NCBI GenBank assembly: GCA_036796555.1 | Contig: DAIRCS010000002.1 | Coordinates: 10,233 to 74,232, forward strand | Direction of reading: 5' to 3' | DNA: 64,000 nucleotides | Source: Rhodoblastus sp. | GTDB taxonomy: Bacteria > Pseudomonadota > Alphaproteobacteria > Rhizobiales > Beijerinckiaceae | Shown: piece by piece, positions 30,651 through 39,701 of the stretch | How the letters are laid out: every line of letters begins with the position of its first letter | Position numbering within the stretch: position 1 is the first letter of the stretch | Position numbers and translations under genes: made by a program | Notes under the pieces: generated by a model | What the model saw: only the letters and a program-made list of their open reading frames with translations | Databases searched by the model: none | Told to the model about the DNA's origin: nothing

Positions 30651-30910
30651 TGCGTTTCCTTCCTCGAATTTTCTCGACATCCGCTTTTCATGCGGCCGCG
30701 CGCAAGCGCCCGACAGCGAGGGCCATCCCCCGAAGCCGGTGGCGGCGAGTTCAATGACGGCTTGATACGGTCGACGACCGTATTCATGTCGGAATGTCCC
30801 TCCCGGCGCCGCGATGCCGTGCGCATCTGCGTGTCACGTTTTTCTATTTTGACGAGGACGCTACCCAGCGTGACAATGCGATGAAAGGTGCGGATTGCCC
30901 GCCCGCCCGG

Positions 30911-31987
30911 TTACTTTGGGACAAAGCCGCCTGCGCTCAACGCGCCCGGCGCCAGCCTCTCCGCCGTCCGGAAGGCCGACGGGCTCTTGCCGGTCCAGCG
31001 CGCGAACGCGTGGCGGAAGTTCGCGGCGTCGCTGTAGTCGAGCCGCGCGGCGATCTCGTCGTTGGTCATCTGGGTGTCGCGCAGATACACGATCGCAAGC
31101 CGCATCCGCACGTCCGCGACCAGATCCCGATAGGTGAGCCCCTGCGCCTCCAGTTTGCGGCGCAACGCACGCGGATGCAGCGCCAGTTCGCCGGCCATCG
31201 CCTCGATGGCCGGAAACCGGCCGGGCTGTTCGAGCAGCGCGCGGCGAATGTCGGCGGCGATCCCGCCGTCCAGGTTCGTGTCGTCGAGGAATTGCTGGCA
31301 CATCCCGGCGGCCGTCGCCCGCGCCGCCGCATCGGGATGCGCCTTGGGGCCGTCGATCCATGCGGCGTCGAATTCCAGTTCGCTGCCGGTTTGCTCGAAC
31401 AGGACGGGGCAGGCGAATATCCGCTTGTAGAGCCTTGCGTGCGGCGGCGGCGGATAGGCCGCGCGCAGGCGTGAAAATTCGAACGCACGGCCGTAGACCG
31501 CCTTGCAGAGGGTCTGGCAGGTCGCAAAGGCGAATTCCAACACGAAGCGATAGAGATCGTCGGCGGGGTTTCTCGACAGCAGGGGCCCCAGAACGAAGGT
31601 CGCGACGTCCCCGTCGCGCGCGAAGAAGATATCGGCGACCATCCCGAGGTCGCGGCCGTATTTGGTCGCGAACCGAATGGCCTCGGCGGGGGTCGAACTG
31701 CTCAGCAGCGCATAGCCGTACATGCCGTAGGTCATGACGTGCATGCGCTGGCCGGCGCGAAGCGCGATGGCCGGGTCTTTCGACAGGCGCAGCGCGTTCC
31801 GGAATACGATTTCGACCTGCCGGTAGGACACGCGCGTATCCGGCGATCTGAGATCGGAAGGCGCGAGTTCCGTTCCCGCCAGCACGCGCGACGACGCGAT
31901 TCCCTCTTCCGCAAGAGCGTCGACGACCGCGACGATCCGCGGCGCGACGTGAGTCCGCTGCACAAGATTGGGCGACGGCTGAAACAT
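30911..31987 (-). CDS. AraC-family transcriptional regulator with N-terminal AraC-type ligand-binding-like domain
   Basis: ATG at 31987 (MFQPSPNLV...). C-terminal HTH: MTNDEIAARLDYSDAANFRHAFARWTGKSPSAFR. Confidence 0.85.
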   Translation of the reverse strand: MFQPSPNLVQRTHVAPRIVAVVDALAEEGIASSRVLAGTELAPSDLRSPDTRVSYRQVEIVFRNALRLSKDPAIALRAGQRMHVMTYGMYGYALLSSSTPAEAIRFATKYGRDLGMVADIFFARDGDVATFVLGPLLSRNPADDLYRFVLEFAFATCQTLCKAVYGRAFEFSRLRAAYPPPPHARLYKRIFACPVLFEQTGSELEFDAAWIDGPKAHPDAAARATAAGMCQQFLDDTNLDGGIAADIRRALLEQPGRFPAIEAMAGELALHPRALRRKLEAQGLTYRDLVADVRMRLAIVYLRDTQMTNDEIAARLDYSDAANFRHAFARWTGKSPSAFRTAERLAPGALSAGGFVPK

Positions 31988-32162
31988 GATCCCGCCTTCT
32001 TCCCGCCTGGACGGGTCGCCCGTCGTCGCCGGGCGCGACGTCCGCGGCGGTCCTCGACGATCCGCGGTCGGCAAGCTAGCGGCGTCGCATTCGGGACGGA
32101 AGGTTCGGTCTGTCCGGTTGGCGGGTGATTTGCGGACAGGCCGCGGCGGGCTGGAAGGCGCG

Positions 32163-33239
32163 CTATTCCCGCGTCGCGCTCCGGAAATCGGTCGGGCTCT
32201 TGCCGGTCCAGCGAATGAAGGCGTGCCGGAAATTCGCCGCGTCGCTATAGCCCAGGCGGCCGGCGATCTCCTCGTTCGTCATGCGGGTCTTGCGCAGATA
32301 TTCGATGGCCAGCCGCATCCGCACTTCCGCCAGCAGGTCGCGATAGGAGGTGCCCTCGGCCTCGAGCTTGCGCCGCAGCGCGCGCGGATACATCGAGAGC
32401 TTCTCGGCGACGGCTTCGATGCTCGGATACCGGCCGGGCTGCTCGATCAGGATGCGCCGGATGTCCGCGGCGACGCCGCCCGCGCGATTGACCTCGTCCA
32501 GCAATTGCTCGCACATTTCCCGCGCCATCGCATGAGAGCGCGGATCGGCGAGCCGGGCCAGCCCGTCGTTTCGGACATGCTCGTAGCCGCACCTGTCCTG
32601 CCGGAACAGAATCGGGCAGCCGAACAGGCTGTCGTAGGCCGCGGCGTATCGAGGCTGCGCATAGTCGAGAAATACGTGAGAAAACGCGAATTGCGGGCCG
32701 ATCCGATCCTTCGTCGAAACGAGATGCGCCGACAGGGCGAATTCGACGGCGAACCGATGCACGTCGTCGATCGGATTCGGCCAGTGCAGCGGTTCGAACG
32801 TCACCGTGACGCGCGCGTCGTTCCAATCGACCGAGAAATCGCAGAACGGGCCGACCACCAGAATGTATTTGGCGGCGAAATCGCGCGCCGCCTCCTGCGT
32901 CGGACTGCTGAGCAGCGCATAGCCATACATGCCGTAGGCGGTGACGTGCATCCGCCGCCCGGCCCGCAACGCCACCGCGGGGTCGCCGGACAGGCGCAGG
33001 GCGTTGCGGATCACGACGTCGATCTGCCGATAGGACACCTTCGTCGTATGGCTGTCGAGTTGCGTCTCGAGAAGGCCCGTCCCCTCGAGCGCATCGGATG
33101 GAGCGACGCCCTCCTGCGCCAGCTCGGCCACGATCGCGGCGATCGAATGCGGCAGATAGATGCGCTGCTCGAAGCTCGGCAACGATCGCCGGTCCGGCTC
33201 ATGACCGTTCGAACCTTGTCGTCCGTCCGCCACAGCCAT
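32163..33239 (-). CDS. AraC-family transcriptional regulator, paralogue of 30911..31987
   Basis: ATG at 33239 follows GGGAGG. It can be aligned with the neighbour along its length (VSYRQ..V.RNALRLS.DPA.ALRAG.RMHV..YGMYGYALLSS; MTNEEIAGRLGYSDAANFRHAFIRWTGKSPTDFR). Confidence 0.85.
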   Translation of the reverse strand: MAVADGRQGSNGHEPDRRSLPSFEQRIYLPHSIAAIVAELAQEGVAPSDALEGTGLLETQLDSHTTKVSYRQIDVVIRNALRLSGDPAVALRAGRRMHVTAYGMYGYALLSSPTQEAARDFAAKYILVVGPFCDFSVDWNDARVTVTFEPLHWPNPIDDVHRFAVEFALSAHLVSTKDRIGPQFAFSHVFLDYAQPRYAAAYDSLFGCPILFRQDRCGYEHVRNDGLARLADPRSHAMAREMCEQLLDEVNRAGGVAADIRRILIEQPGRYPSIEAVAEKLSMYPRALRRKLEAEGTSYRDLLAEVRMRLAIEYLRKTRMTNEEIAGRLGYSDAANFRHAFIRWTGKSPTDFRSATRE

Positions 33240-33529
33240 CGCCGCCTCCCTGCGCGCGATCCTCCCGCCCCGGCTCAATGGCCACTTTGTCGAGAAGGTA
33301 AGCTCGATTTCGCGCGCAATGCAACGATCGCGGTGGAGGTTCGACAGACGGCCGCCCCGCGGGGCGAGCGGTCGCCGGGAGGTCGTCCTCAAATCACCTA
33401 GACGACGGCCCAAACGCACCTTGCCCGAAGCGTCAATGATCGGTAGCGCGGCGATCTCATCGGTCGGAAATCCGGATCGGCTCCGCACGATCATCGAATC
33501 CGGCCGCGCTTCGGACGTTTCGCACGGAT

Positions 33530-34783
33530 CTATTCGGCGACCCGCAAATGCTCGTGGATCGCTCTCTGGAACGCGGTCGCGCTCGCGGTCCGCAACGGGC
33601 ACAGACGCTTGCCGTGGCGCTCGCACAGGGTTTTGACCGATCCGACCGCGCCATGGCTCACGCAGTCCACAGGGAAGAGGACCACATCCGCCTTTCGCAC
33701 CATCTCGCCGAGAATACCGGCCGATTGCTCGACGCCGCCGTCATGGTGAAGCAGCTCTCCGTTTCGCTTGCCGACCCATTCCCTGAGCTTGCAGACGATC
33801 TGGGGCCGTCCGCCGACATACAGGAAGCGGCGTCCGCAGAGATCGCACCCCGGCTCCGCGTCGCACGGCGACTGCGGCGACGTCTCCTCCGTTCGCGGGC
33901 CGTCGAACGAAGCCATCAGGCTCGCGCGTTCGAACTCGAACGCATCTTCGTCGATCTTGTCTTGCAGGCGCGCATTTTGCGATTCCAGCGCGCGGCAGGC
34001 GCGGCGCAGTCGTCCGTTTTCGTCGGCGAGCGCGGCGCGCTCGCGCTCCAGATCCGCGATGCGCGCAGGCATCGCGCTCGAGTCGAGCAATCCACGCAGC
34101 CGGTCGCGTTCGGCGGCGGCTGATCGCAATTCGGAAATCTCGGCGCGCAGGGCGCAAAGCTCGGCCTCCTGGGTCTTCAGGCGCTCGTCGCGTTCGGCGA
34201 TCCGGCCGGACAGGCGTCGCGCCAGTTCCGCCTTTGTGCGCTGCGCTTCCGCGGCCGCGCGCGCGTCGCCGCGATTCGACGCGCCGCAGATATGCGACAT
34301 CATGTGCACTTCGCCGAAGATGCGGCGCTCGAAAGCCGGCGACAATCGCGGATGGGTGACGCAAGCCCAATAGGCGCCGGGGACCAGGCCGTTGTCGAGC
34401 GCATCTTCCCAGAAGCTCGCGAAATCGCCGTCTGTCGCGAGCGCTTTCGACTTGCGGATCAGCCCTTCGAACTTGGCGTCGAGATGTTTCTGCAGCGCGC
34501 GCGCCACCGGATTGTCGTTGGCGGTCCGCTGGACGGCGAGGCCGTGCAGATCGTAGTCGGCGAGACGATGCGGATCGTCGACCAGCCGCGCCTTCTTCGC
34601 GATCTTGCGCAGTTCGGAGAGGGTCAGGCAGGTGCCGACGATCGAGCAGGCCGAGGCCGCCCGCACCTCCCAGATATTGCGCCGCGCCGTCCCGGACGGC
34701 GCGCAGGCCTGCTGGCGCGCGTCGTCGATATCCGCGCGCGGCGCGCCCTGCGCGGCGCTGGGCACATACACGAGCGGCCTCAT
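33530..34783 (-). CDS. DUF2325-domain protein with long central coiled coil (function unknown)
   Basis: ATG at 34783 (MRPLVYV...). The central region is a heptad-like Glu/Arg/Leu-rich stretch. The C-terminal FLYVGGRPQ...LLHHDGGVEQS...ADVVLFPVDCVSHGA is what I recognise as DUF2325. Same strand as hutX, 41 bp downstream. Confidence 0.65.
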   Translation of the reverse strand: MRPLVYVPSAAQGAPRADIDDARQQACAPSGTARRNIWEVRAASACSIVGTCLTLSELRKIAKKARLVDDPHRLADYDLHGLAVQRTANDNPVARALQKHLDAKFEGLIRKSKALATDGDFASFWEDALDNGLVPGAYWACVTHPRLSPAFERRIFGEVHMMSHICGASNRGDARAAAEAQRTKAELARRLSGRIAERDERLKTQEAELCALRAEISELRSAAAERDRLRGLLDSSAMPARIADLERERAALADENGRLRRACRALESQNARLQDKIDEDAFEFERASLMASFDGPRTEETSPQSPCDAEPGCDLCGRRFLYVGGRPQIVCKLREWVGKRNGELLHHDGGVEQSAGILGEMVRKADVVLFPVDCVSHGAVGSVKTLCERHGKRLCPLRTASATAFQRAIHEHLRVAE

Positions 34784-34824
34784 CGCCGCCCCGGCGCGGT
34801 CCGGCGGGGCGCCGCGCGAAAACT

Positions 34825-35364
34825 TCACTGTCCGTTCTCGCGGAACGCCGCGGCCGCGGCCTCGAATTTCGCGAGCTGGCCCGGGTCGAGCTCGCGCGCC
34901 GCATCGCGCCGGACGAAGATCTTGAACATGCCGGCGCCGTCCGAATCGAGGAACTGGACCGAGCACGACCTGCGCCCGAAGAAGGGCCGGTCGACGAACC
35001 AGATCGCGCCGCAGCGTTCGGCGCGCAAATGTCCGCCGAGCGGCGTCTCCCCGTGGATGTTGAAATAGCCGCGGCTGAACGATCCCTGCGGCAGCGCCGT
35101 CTTGATCTCGAACACGCCGTGCTGGTTGTGCAGCAGGAAGAGCACGTCGCCCCAGCTCGCGAGCTCACGCCAGACATCCTCGAATCGCGCGCCCGCGATT
35201 CGCGTCGCCTGCCCCTCGGGCAGCAGGCCGAGGACGTCGTGCATCGTCAGGCCGTGCTTTTCGGCGACGGCTTCCAGCACGCCGTCGGGATTGGCGTCGA
35301 TATCGGCGCGCGCCGCGCGCATATTGGCCTGCTTGTCCCCGGCAGGTAGCGCGTGAACGCTCAT
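34825..35364 (-). CDS. hutX: heme utilization cytosolic carrier protein HutX/ChuX family
   Basis: 179 aa. GVLEAVAEKHGLTMHDVLGLLP...WGDVLFLLHNQHGVFEIKT...YFNIHGE...HL... is typical of HutX/ChuX. Sits in a heme-locus context. Confidence 0.75.
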   Translation of the reverse strand: MSVHALPAGDKQANMRAARADIDANPDGVLEAVAEKHGLTMHDVLGLLPEGQATRIAGARFEDVWRELASWGDVLFLLHNQHGVFEIKTALPQGSFSRGYFNIHGETPLGGHLRAERCGAIWFVDRPFFGRRSCSVQFLDSDGAGMFKIFVRRDAARELDPGQLAKFEAAAAAFRENGQ

Positions 35365-35436
35365 GGACGTCTCCTTCAGTTCGAGGCTGGCGCGACGGCT
35401 GCCCCCTGCCGCCGCAAGCTCTATTGTTCGAAAAGA

Positions 35437-35781
35437 TCAGGCGGCCTGTCCGGGCGCGCCTTCGGCGTTCGTGTACTGGATGACCTCGAAGCCCTCGAAC
35501 TGCGGATGGCCGGTGGTCATGCGCGGCCGGTTCTCGGCGCGCTCGTGCGCCACGCGGAACTGCTCGGACTTCGTCCAGGCCTCGAAATCGGCCTTGTGCG
35601 CCCAGCGCGTATAGGACGAATAGAGCACGGTTCCGTCCTCGCCCTCGGGCCCGCGCAGCATCTGGAACTCGATGAAGCCCTTGAGCTCGTGCAGGCGCGA
35701 ATCGCGCGTCAGCCACATCTGCTCGAAGGCGTGCGCCTGCTCCTTGAGGACCCGGAACCTGTTCATTGCAATAAACATCAT
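35437..35781 (-). CDS. antibiotic-biosynthesis-monooxygenase (ABM) fold protein, heme-degrading HmuD/IsdG-like
   Basis: 114 aa. FIAMNRFRV...F...W...L....GF..F.LL pattern of the ABM fold. AAGGAGAA precedes the ATG. Located between tonB and hutX. Confidence 0.7.
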   Translation of the reverse strand: MMFIAMNRFRVLKEQAHAFEQMWLTRDSRLHELKGFIEFQMLRGPEGEDGTVLYSSYTRWAHKADFEAWTKSEQFRVAHERAENRPRMTTGHPQFEGFEVIQYTNAEGAPGQAA

Positions 35782-35802
35782 GTTCTCCTTGAACTTGCGG
35801 TC

Positions 35803-36957
35803 TCACCGCACATAGAAGTTGACCGGCGCGGAAAACACGCCTCTGGCGCCCGCGGGATTGGGTGGAAACGGCGCCGCGCGGCGCACCATCTCGAGCGCCG
35901 CCTGATCGAGTATGGGCGCGCCGGACGATCGGACGAGCGAGACCGACGACAGCGCGCCCGACGGCGCGAGCGAAAAGGTGATGACGGGTTGCCCGGTGAT
36001 GTTCTTGTCGCGCGCCGCGGGCGGATAATGTTTGCTGCGCTGGAGCTGGGCCAGCACCATGCCGCGCCAGTTGGCGACCTGCGCGGCGCCGGCCGCGGCC
36101 CCGCCCGCTCCGCCGCGCGCCGCCGCCCGGCTGTTGGCGGCCTCCGCGCCGCTGCCTGAGTCCCGCGCCGCGCGCGCCCGCTCGGCCTGCTGGGCCGCCC
36201 GCTGCGTCGCGCGTTCGGCCCGCGCTTTTTCCTGCTGTTCGCGCTGCGCGCGCGCCTTCTGCACGCGCATCTTCTCCTCACGCTCTTCCTTGATGCGCTC
36301 GGCGCGCTCTTGCGCGAGACGTTCGGCGCGCTCCTCGCGCTGGCGCTCCAGGCGTTCCTCCTGCAGGCGCGCCAGGCGCTGCTCGCGCAGGCGGGCCTGC
36401 CGCAGGCGCTCGCGCTCGGCCTGCGCCTCGTCGTCGCGCTTGACCACGGGAGGTTTGATGGGCGCGACGAAATCCGGGTTCGGCGTCTCGGTCGCCGGAA
36501 TGGGCGGCGGCGGAACGGCCAGCGCCGTCACGGGTGTGGGCTCCGGCGGGGCGGCAGCCGGCGCAGCGGCCGGCGGCGGCGGCGCGGCTTCGGCGGCGAC
36601 GGTCTTCGCCGGATCCGGTTCGGGCGCGGCCGGCGTGGCGTCGGAAACCGGCGCATCCATCTGCGGCGCGGCGATGGATTGTGTGGACTCCACCGCGTCG
36701 GCGGCGGCGAGATCCATTTCGATCGCCGGACCGCCGGCGGGCATCTGCGGCGCATCCAGATCGCGGACGGCCGGCAGGAGCGCGCTCGCCAGCGCGAGGT
36801 GGCAGGCGACGCTGGCGAGAGCCGACCACCGGATCAACGTGCGCCGCTCGGCGGCGCGGATCGTTTCCAGAGTGTCGAGCGCGGCTATGGAAACGGCGAC
36901 GGGCGCGGGCGATACACGCCCGCGCCCTGCGCCATTCGTCGCCGCAGCAGGTATCAC
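35803..36957 (-). CDS. tonB: TonB energy-transducer protein with Pro-rich and extended Glu/Arg-rich spacer
   Basis: GTG at 36957 follows GAGGTAGGA, 8 nt after the receptor stop. TM helix WSALASVACHLALASALL, a Pro/Ala-rich segment, and C-terminal YPPAARDKNITGQPVITFSL...SSGAPILDQAALEMVRRA.PFPP (TonB_C). Confidence 0.8.
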   Translation of the reverse strand: MIPAAATNGAGRGRVSPAPVAVSIAALDTLETIRAAERRTLIRWSALASVACHLALASALLPAVRDLDAPQMPAGGPAIEMDLAAADAVESTQSIAAPQMDAPVSDATPAAPEPDPAKTVAAEAAPPPPAAAPAAAPPEPTPVTALAVPPPPIPATETPNPDFVAPIKPPVVKRDDEAQAERERLRQARLREQRLARLQEERLERQREERAERLAQERAERIKEEREEKMRVQKARAQREQQEKARAERATQRAAQQAERARAARDSGSGAEAANSRAAARGGAGGAAAGAAQVANWRGMVLAQLQRSKHYPPAARDKNITGQPVITFSLAPSGALSSVSLVRSSGAPILDQAALEMVRRAAPFPPNPAGARGVFSAPVNFYVR

Positions 36958-36964
36958 TCCTACC

Positions 36965-39203
36965 TCACTTCGATGCGAACTTCACGCTGAGGGCAAACTT
37001 CGCGGTGAAGCCGGCGCTCGGCAGCGTGCTGTTGTATTGCGTGTAGGTCTTGTTGAAGATGTTGAGCAGCGAGACGTCGGCGCTGATGCGGTCGTCGAAC
37101 TTGTAATTGCCGAAGAGATCGACCGTGCCGTAGCCCGGGCAGCGCAGCGCGTTGGTCGCCGCCGGATCGCAAGCGACCGACCACACTTCCTTGACGTAGG
37201 TGTAGCGGCCGCCGACCGTCAGCGCCTGATCGAAGAAGCGCAGGCCGAGCGTCGAGCTGAAGCGGCCGGGATAGACGCTGTTCAGACGCGCGCCGGTGGC
37301 CGAGTTGATGCCGTTGACATTGGTGTAGGCGGCGGAGGCGAAACCCCAGCCCCAGTCGTAGGCGCCTTCCGCCTCGACGCCGCTGAGCTCGGCGTTGGCG
37401 ACGTTCTGATATTGATAGACCGGGAACAGCGCGCAGGCGGCTGGAATGAAGGCGCAGAACGAGTTCGGCAGACCGGGGATGAAGATGACGAGAGTGGTCG
37501 CCCCCGTCGTGGTCATGTCGATGTAGTTCTTCACCTTGTTCTGGAAGATGTTCACCTTGGCGCGGAACTTGTCGTCCGGCCGGAAGATCGCATCGTATTT
37601 CAGGTTCAGGCCGGCCTCGATGTTGTGCGCGACCTCGGGCTTCAGCCCCGGATTGGGCAGGATGGTGAAGGCCGGGAACGGATGCTGGCCCGCGATCAGC
37701 GTCTCGGTGATCGCCGGCGCGCGATAGCCTTCCGAATAGGAGCCGTAGGCCTCGATGCCCTCGAACGGCGAGATGCCGACGATGAACTTCGGCGACAGGC
37801 GGCTGCCCGAGGACGAATAGGCGCCGCCGCTCAGTTGATAGTCGTCGTAGCGCGCCGCGCCGACCACGCGCACCAGGCGGCCGAAGCGGACCTCGTCCTG
37901 GACGAACGCGCCCGACACGCGACGGTCGCCCATCGGCGTCAGCGCCGAAACGAAGCCGCCCGCGAAGTCCGTCGTATTGACGCGATCCCACGAACTGTCG
38001 CCGCCGAAGGTCAGCGCGTGGTCGAACACGCCGGTCGAGAAGCGCGACGTGTTGTTCACGTCGAAGCCCTTCGTGCGAATCTTGTCGTTGAGCTTGGCGC
38101 CGGGATAGGCCTTCAGCGCGAAGTAGGTCGCCGTCGGCTGGATCAGCGTCTGAACGTTGTTGGTCTGGGTGTAATAGGCCTTGGCGTTCAGGTCGATCAG
38201 CAGGTTGTCGGCGGGGTTGAAGCGATAGCCGATCGTGTAATTGTCGGTCTTCACGTCGTCCCAGAAGCGCGAGCCGGTCGTGCTCGTGCCGTTGTTGGCG
38301 AACTGGAAGCCCTGCTTCATGCCGGTGATGGTGATCTCGTGGCCGTCGGCCGGGCGCAGGCGGATCTTGCCGAGGCCGCCCATGATCTCCGAGCCCGTGT
38401 CGTTGACCTTGGAGCCGCCGGGCAGCAATTGTTTGCCGTTGGCGTCGATCTGGGCGCCGCCGCCCATGTGGTAGGCCGACGACGATCGATACAGGAACTG
38501 GCCGAAGACCTCGACATTGGGGCTGATGCGCGCGGCCGCCGCCGTCGAGTTGAAGAAGTGCTGCCCGTTCGTCCCCGCGCCGATGCGCTGGAGCACCGTA
38601 TTTCTCGTCGGGCTTGAGCACGTCGTCGACGTCCTTGGTGCGGATCGAGACGACGCCGCCGATGGCGCCGGAACCGTAGATATTCGAGATCGGGCCGCGC
38701 ACGACGTCGACCTGGCCCATGAATTCCGGATCGAAATAGAACTCGCCGTTCGCGTTGTGACCGGAGATTTGATAGTTCTGGCGGGCGCCGTCGATGAGCA
38801 CGTTGACGCGCCCGAAGTCCTGAAGGCCGCGAATATTGATCGCCTGCCCGGGATTATTGAGGCTTTCCTGGAAATTGACGCCCGGCACGTTGCGCATGGC
38901 GTCGGCCATCGAACCCGCCCCGTAGCGCTGCACGTCCTGCTGCGTGACGGTCGTGACCGCGCCGAGCGTCTCGATCGCCTTTTCCTCGGTCTTGGTCGCG
39001 GTGACGTTGATCGTGTCGAAAGATTCGACCTGGGTGGCCGGCGGCTTTTGTCCGCGCTTCGGCTTTGCGCCGGCTTCCGCGGCCGGTTGCGCGGCGCCCT
39101 GGGTTCCCGCGGCCTGCTGCGCCTCCGCCACGCCGAAGGACAAGGCCGACGCGACGACGAGCGCGGCTACGCTCGCGGACGCATGGAAAGACAGACGACG
39201 CAT
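36965..39203 (-). pseudogene. hmuR: TonB-dependent heme/hemoglobin outer-membrane receptor (HmuR-like), reading frame broken near 38596
   Basis: The ATG 39203 frame (after GGAGGG) gives a signal peptide, TonB box-like FDTINVTAT and the plug (NIRGLQDFGRVNVLIDG, VDVVRGP) up to ...DVLKPDEKYG. The barrel continues in another frame from 38596 (VLQRIGAGTNGQHFF... to ...FALSVKFASK). Confidence 0.8.
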
Positions 39204-39373
39204 AAATTCACCCTCCAGCCGGTGTTCGATCTTGGCTGGCTGGGCGACGTCGCCTGGCTGGCTATATGCGGCGCGTGCGAATTTCTTCCGGGATCGCGCC
39301 TGTGCAAGGGCAATTAACGGGAGGCTCATACCCGTGTCAAGAATATGAGCACATCATGGCGGAACATTATTTG

Positions 39374-39390
39374 TTTAGAGTAATTCTAAG
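39374..39390. promoter_or_regulatory. candidate Irr-binding iron control element (ICE)
   Basis: TTTAGAG-TAA-TTCTAAG versus the ICE consensus TTTAGAA-N3-TTCTAAA (12 of 14 specified positions). Lies in the AT-rich hmuR/hmuP divergent region. Confidence 0.55.
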
Positions 39391-39486
39391 AACGCTAAAG
39401 TCCATTTTCTACATTATTTCTAAAGTTCAATACGCTTCTTGCGCCAAGAAATAGTTGGCGCATAACCGAGTCATGTAAGGCCCCAC

Positions 39487-39503
39487 TTTAGAATCGATCA
39501 AAA
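39487..39503. promoter_or_regulatory. second ICE-like site just upstream of hmuP
   Basis: TTTAGAA-TCG-ATCAAAA (12 of 14: left half perfect, right half 5 of 7). Ends 15 nt before the hmuP ATG. Confidence 0.35.
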
Positions 39504-39517
39504 TAAGGGCAGAACCC

Positions 39518-39697
39518 ATGGCTGACCCGCCGCGCAAGAGCGCGCAAAGCGATCCCCCGCAATCGCCCGACCGCAAGCCGCGCGAGATCGATCTGCGCGA
39601 TCTCGTTGGCTCGGACCGGGAGATCGCGATCGTTCATGACGGCGAGCGCTATCGATTGCGCGTGACCGCGAACAACAAGCTCATCCTCACGAAGTAG
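39518..39697 (+). CDS. hmuP: hemin uptake protein HemP/HmuP
   Basis: Not in the ORF track (59 aa). My translation is MADPPRKSAQSDPPQSPDRKPREIDLRDLVGSDREIAIVHDGERYRLRVTANNKLILTK. The C-terminal I.H.G..Y.LR.T...KLILTK is the HemP signature. AAGGG is an RBS-like element upstream. Confidence 0.8.
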   Translation: MADPPRKSAQSDPPQSPDRKPREIDLRDLVGSDREIAIVHDGERYRLRVTANNKLILTK

Positions 39698-39701
39698 CGA
39701 C

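Noticed and set aside
28845-30884. 679-aa plus-strand ORF
   Set aside because: It is antisense to the FadD-like gene, which carries canonical AMP-binding motifs.
38585-38610. Programmed ribosomal frameshift in hmuR
   Set aside because: There is no slippery heptamer, homopolymer run or obvious downstream stimulatory structure at the junction (GAGAAATACGGTGCTCC). A mutation or sequencing error is more likely.
36032-38617. 861-aa plus-strand ORF
   Set aside because: It is antisense to tonB and the hmuR barrel. It has low-complexity Ala/Arg/Ser and no recognisable domain.
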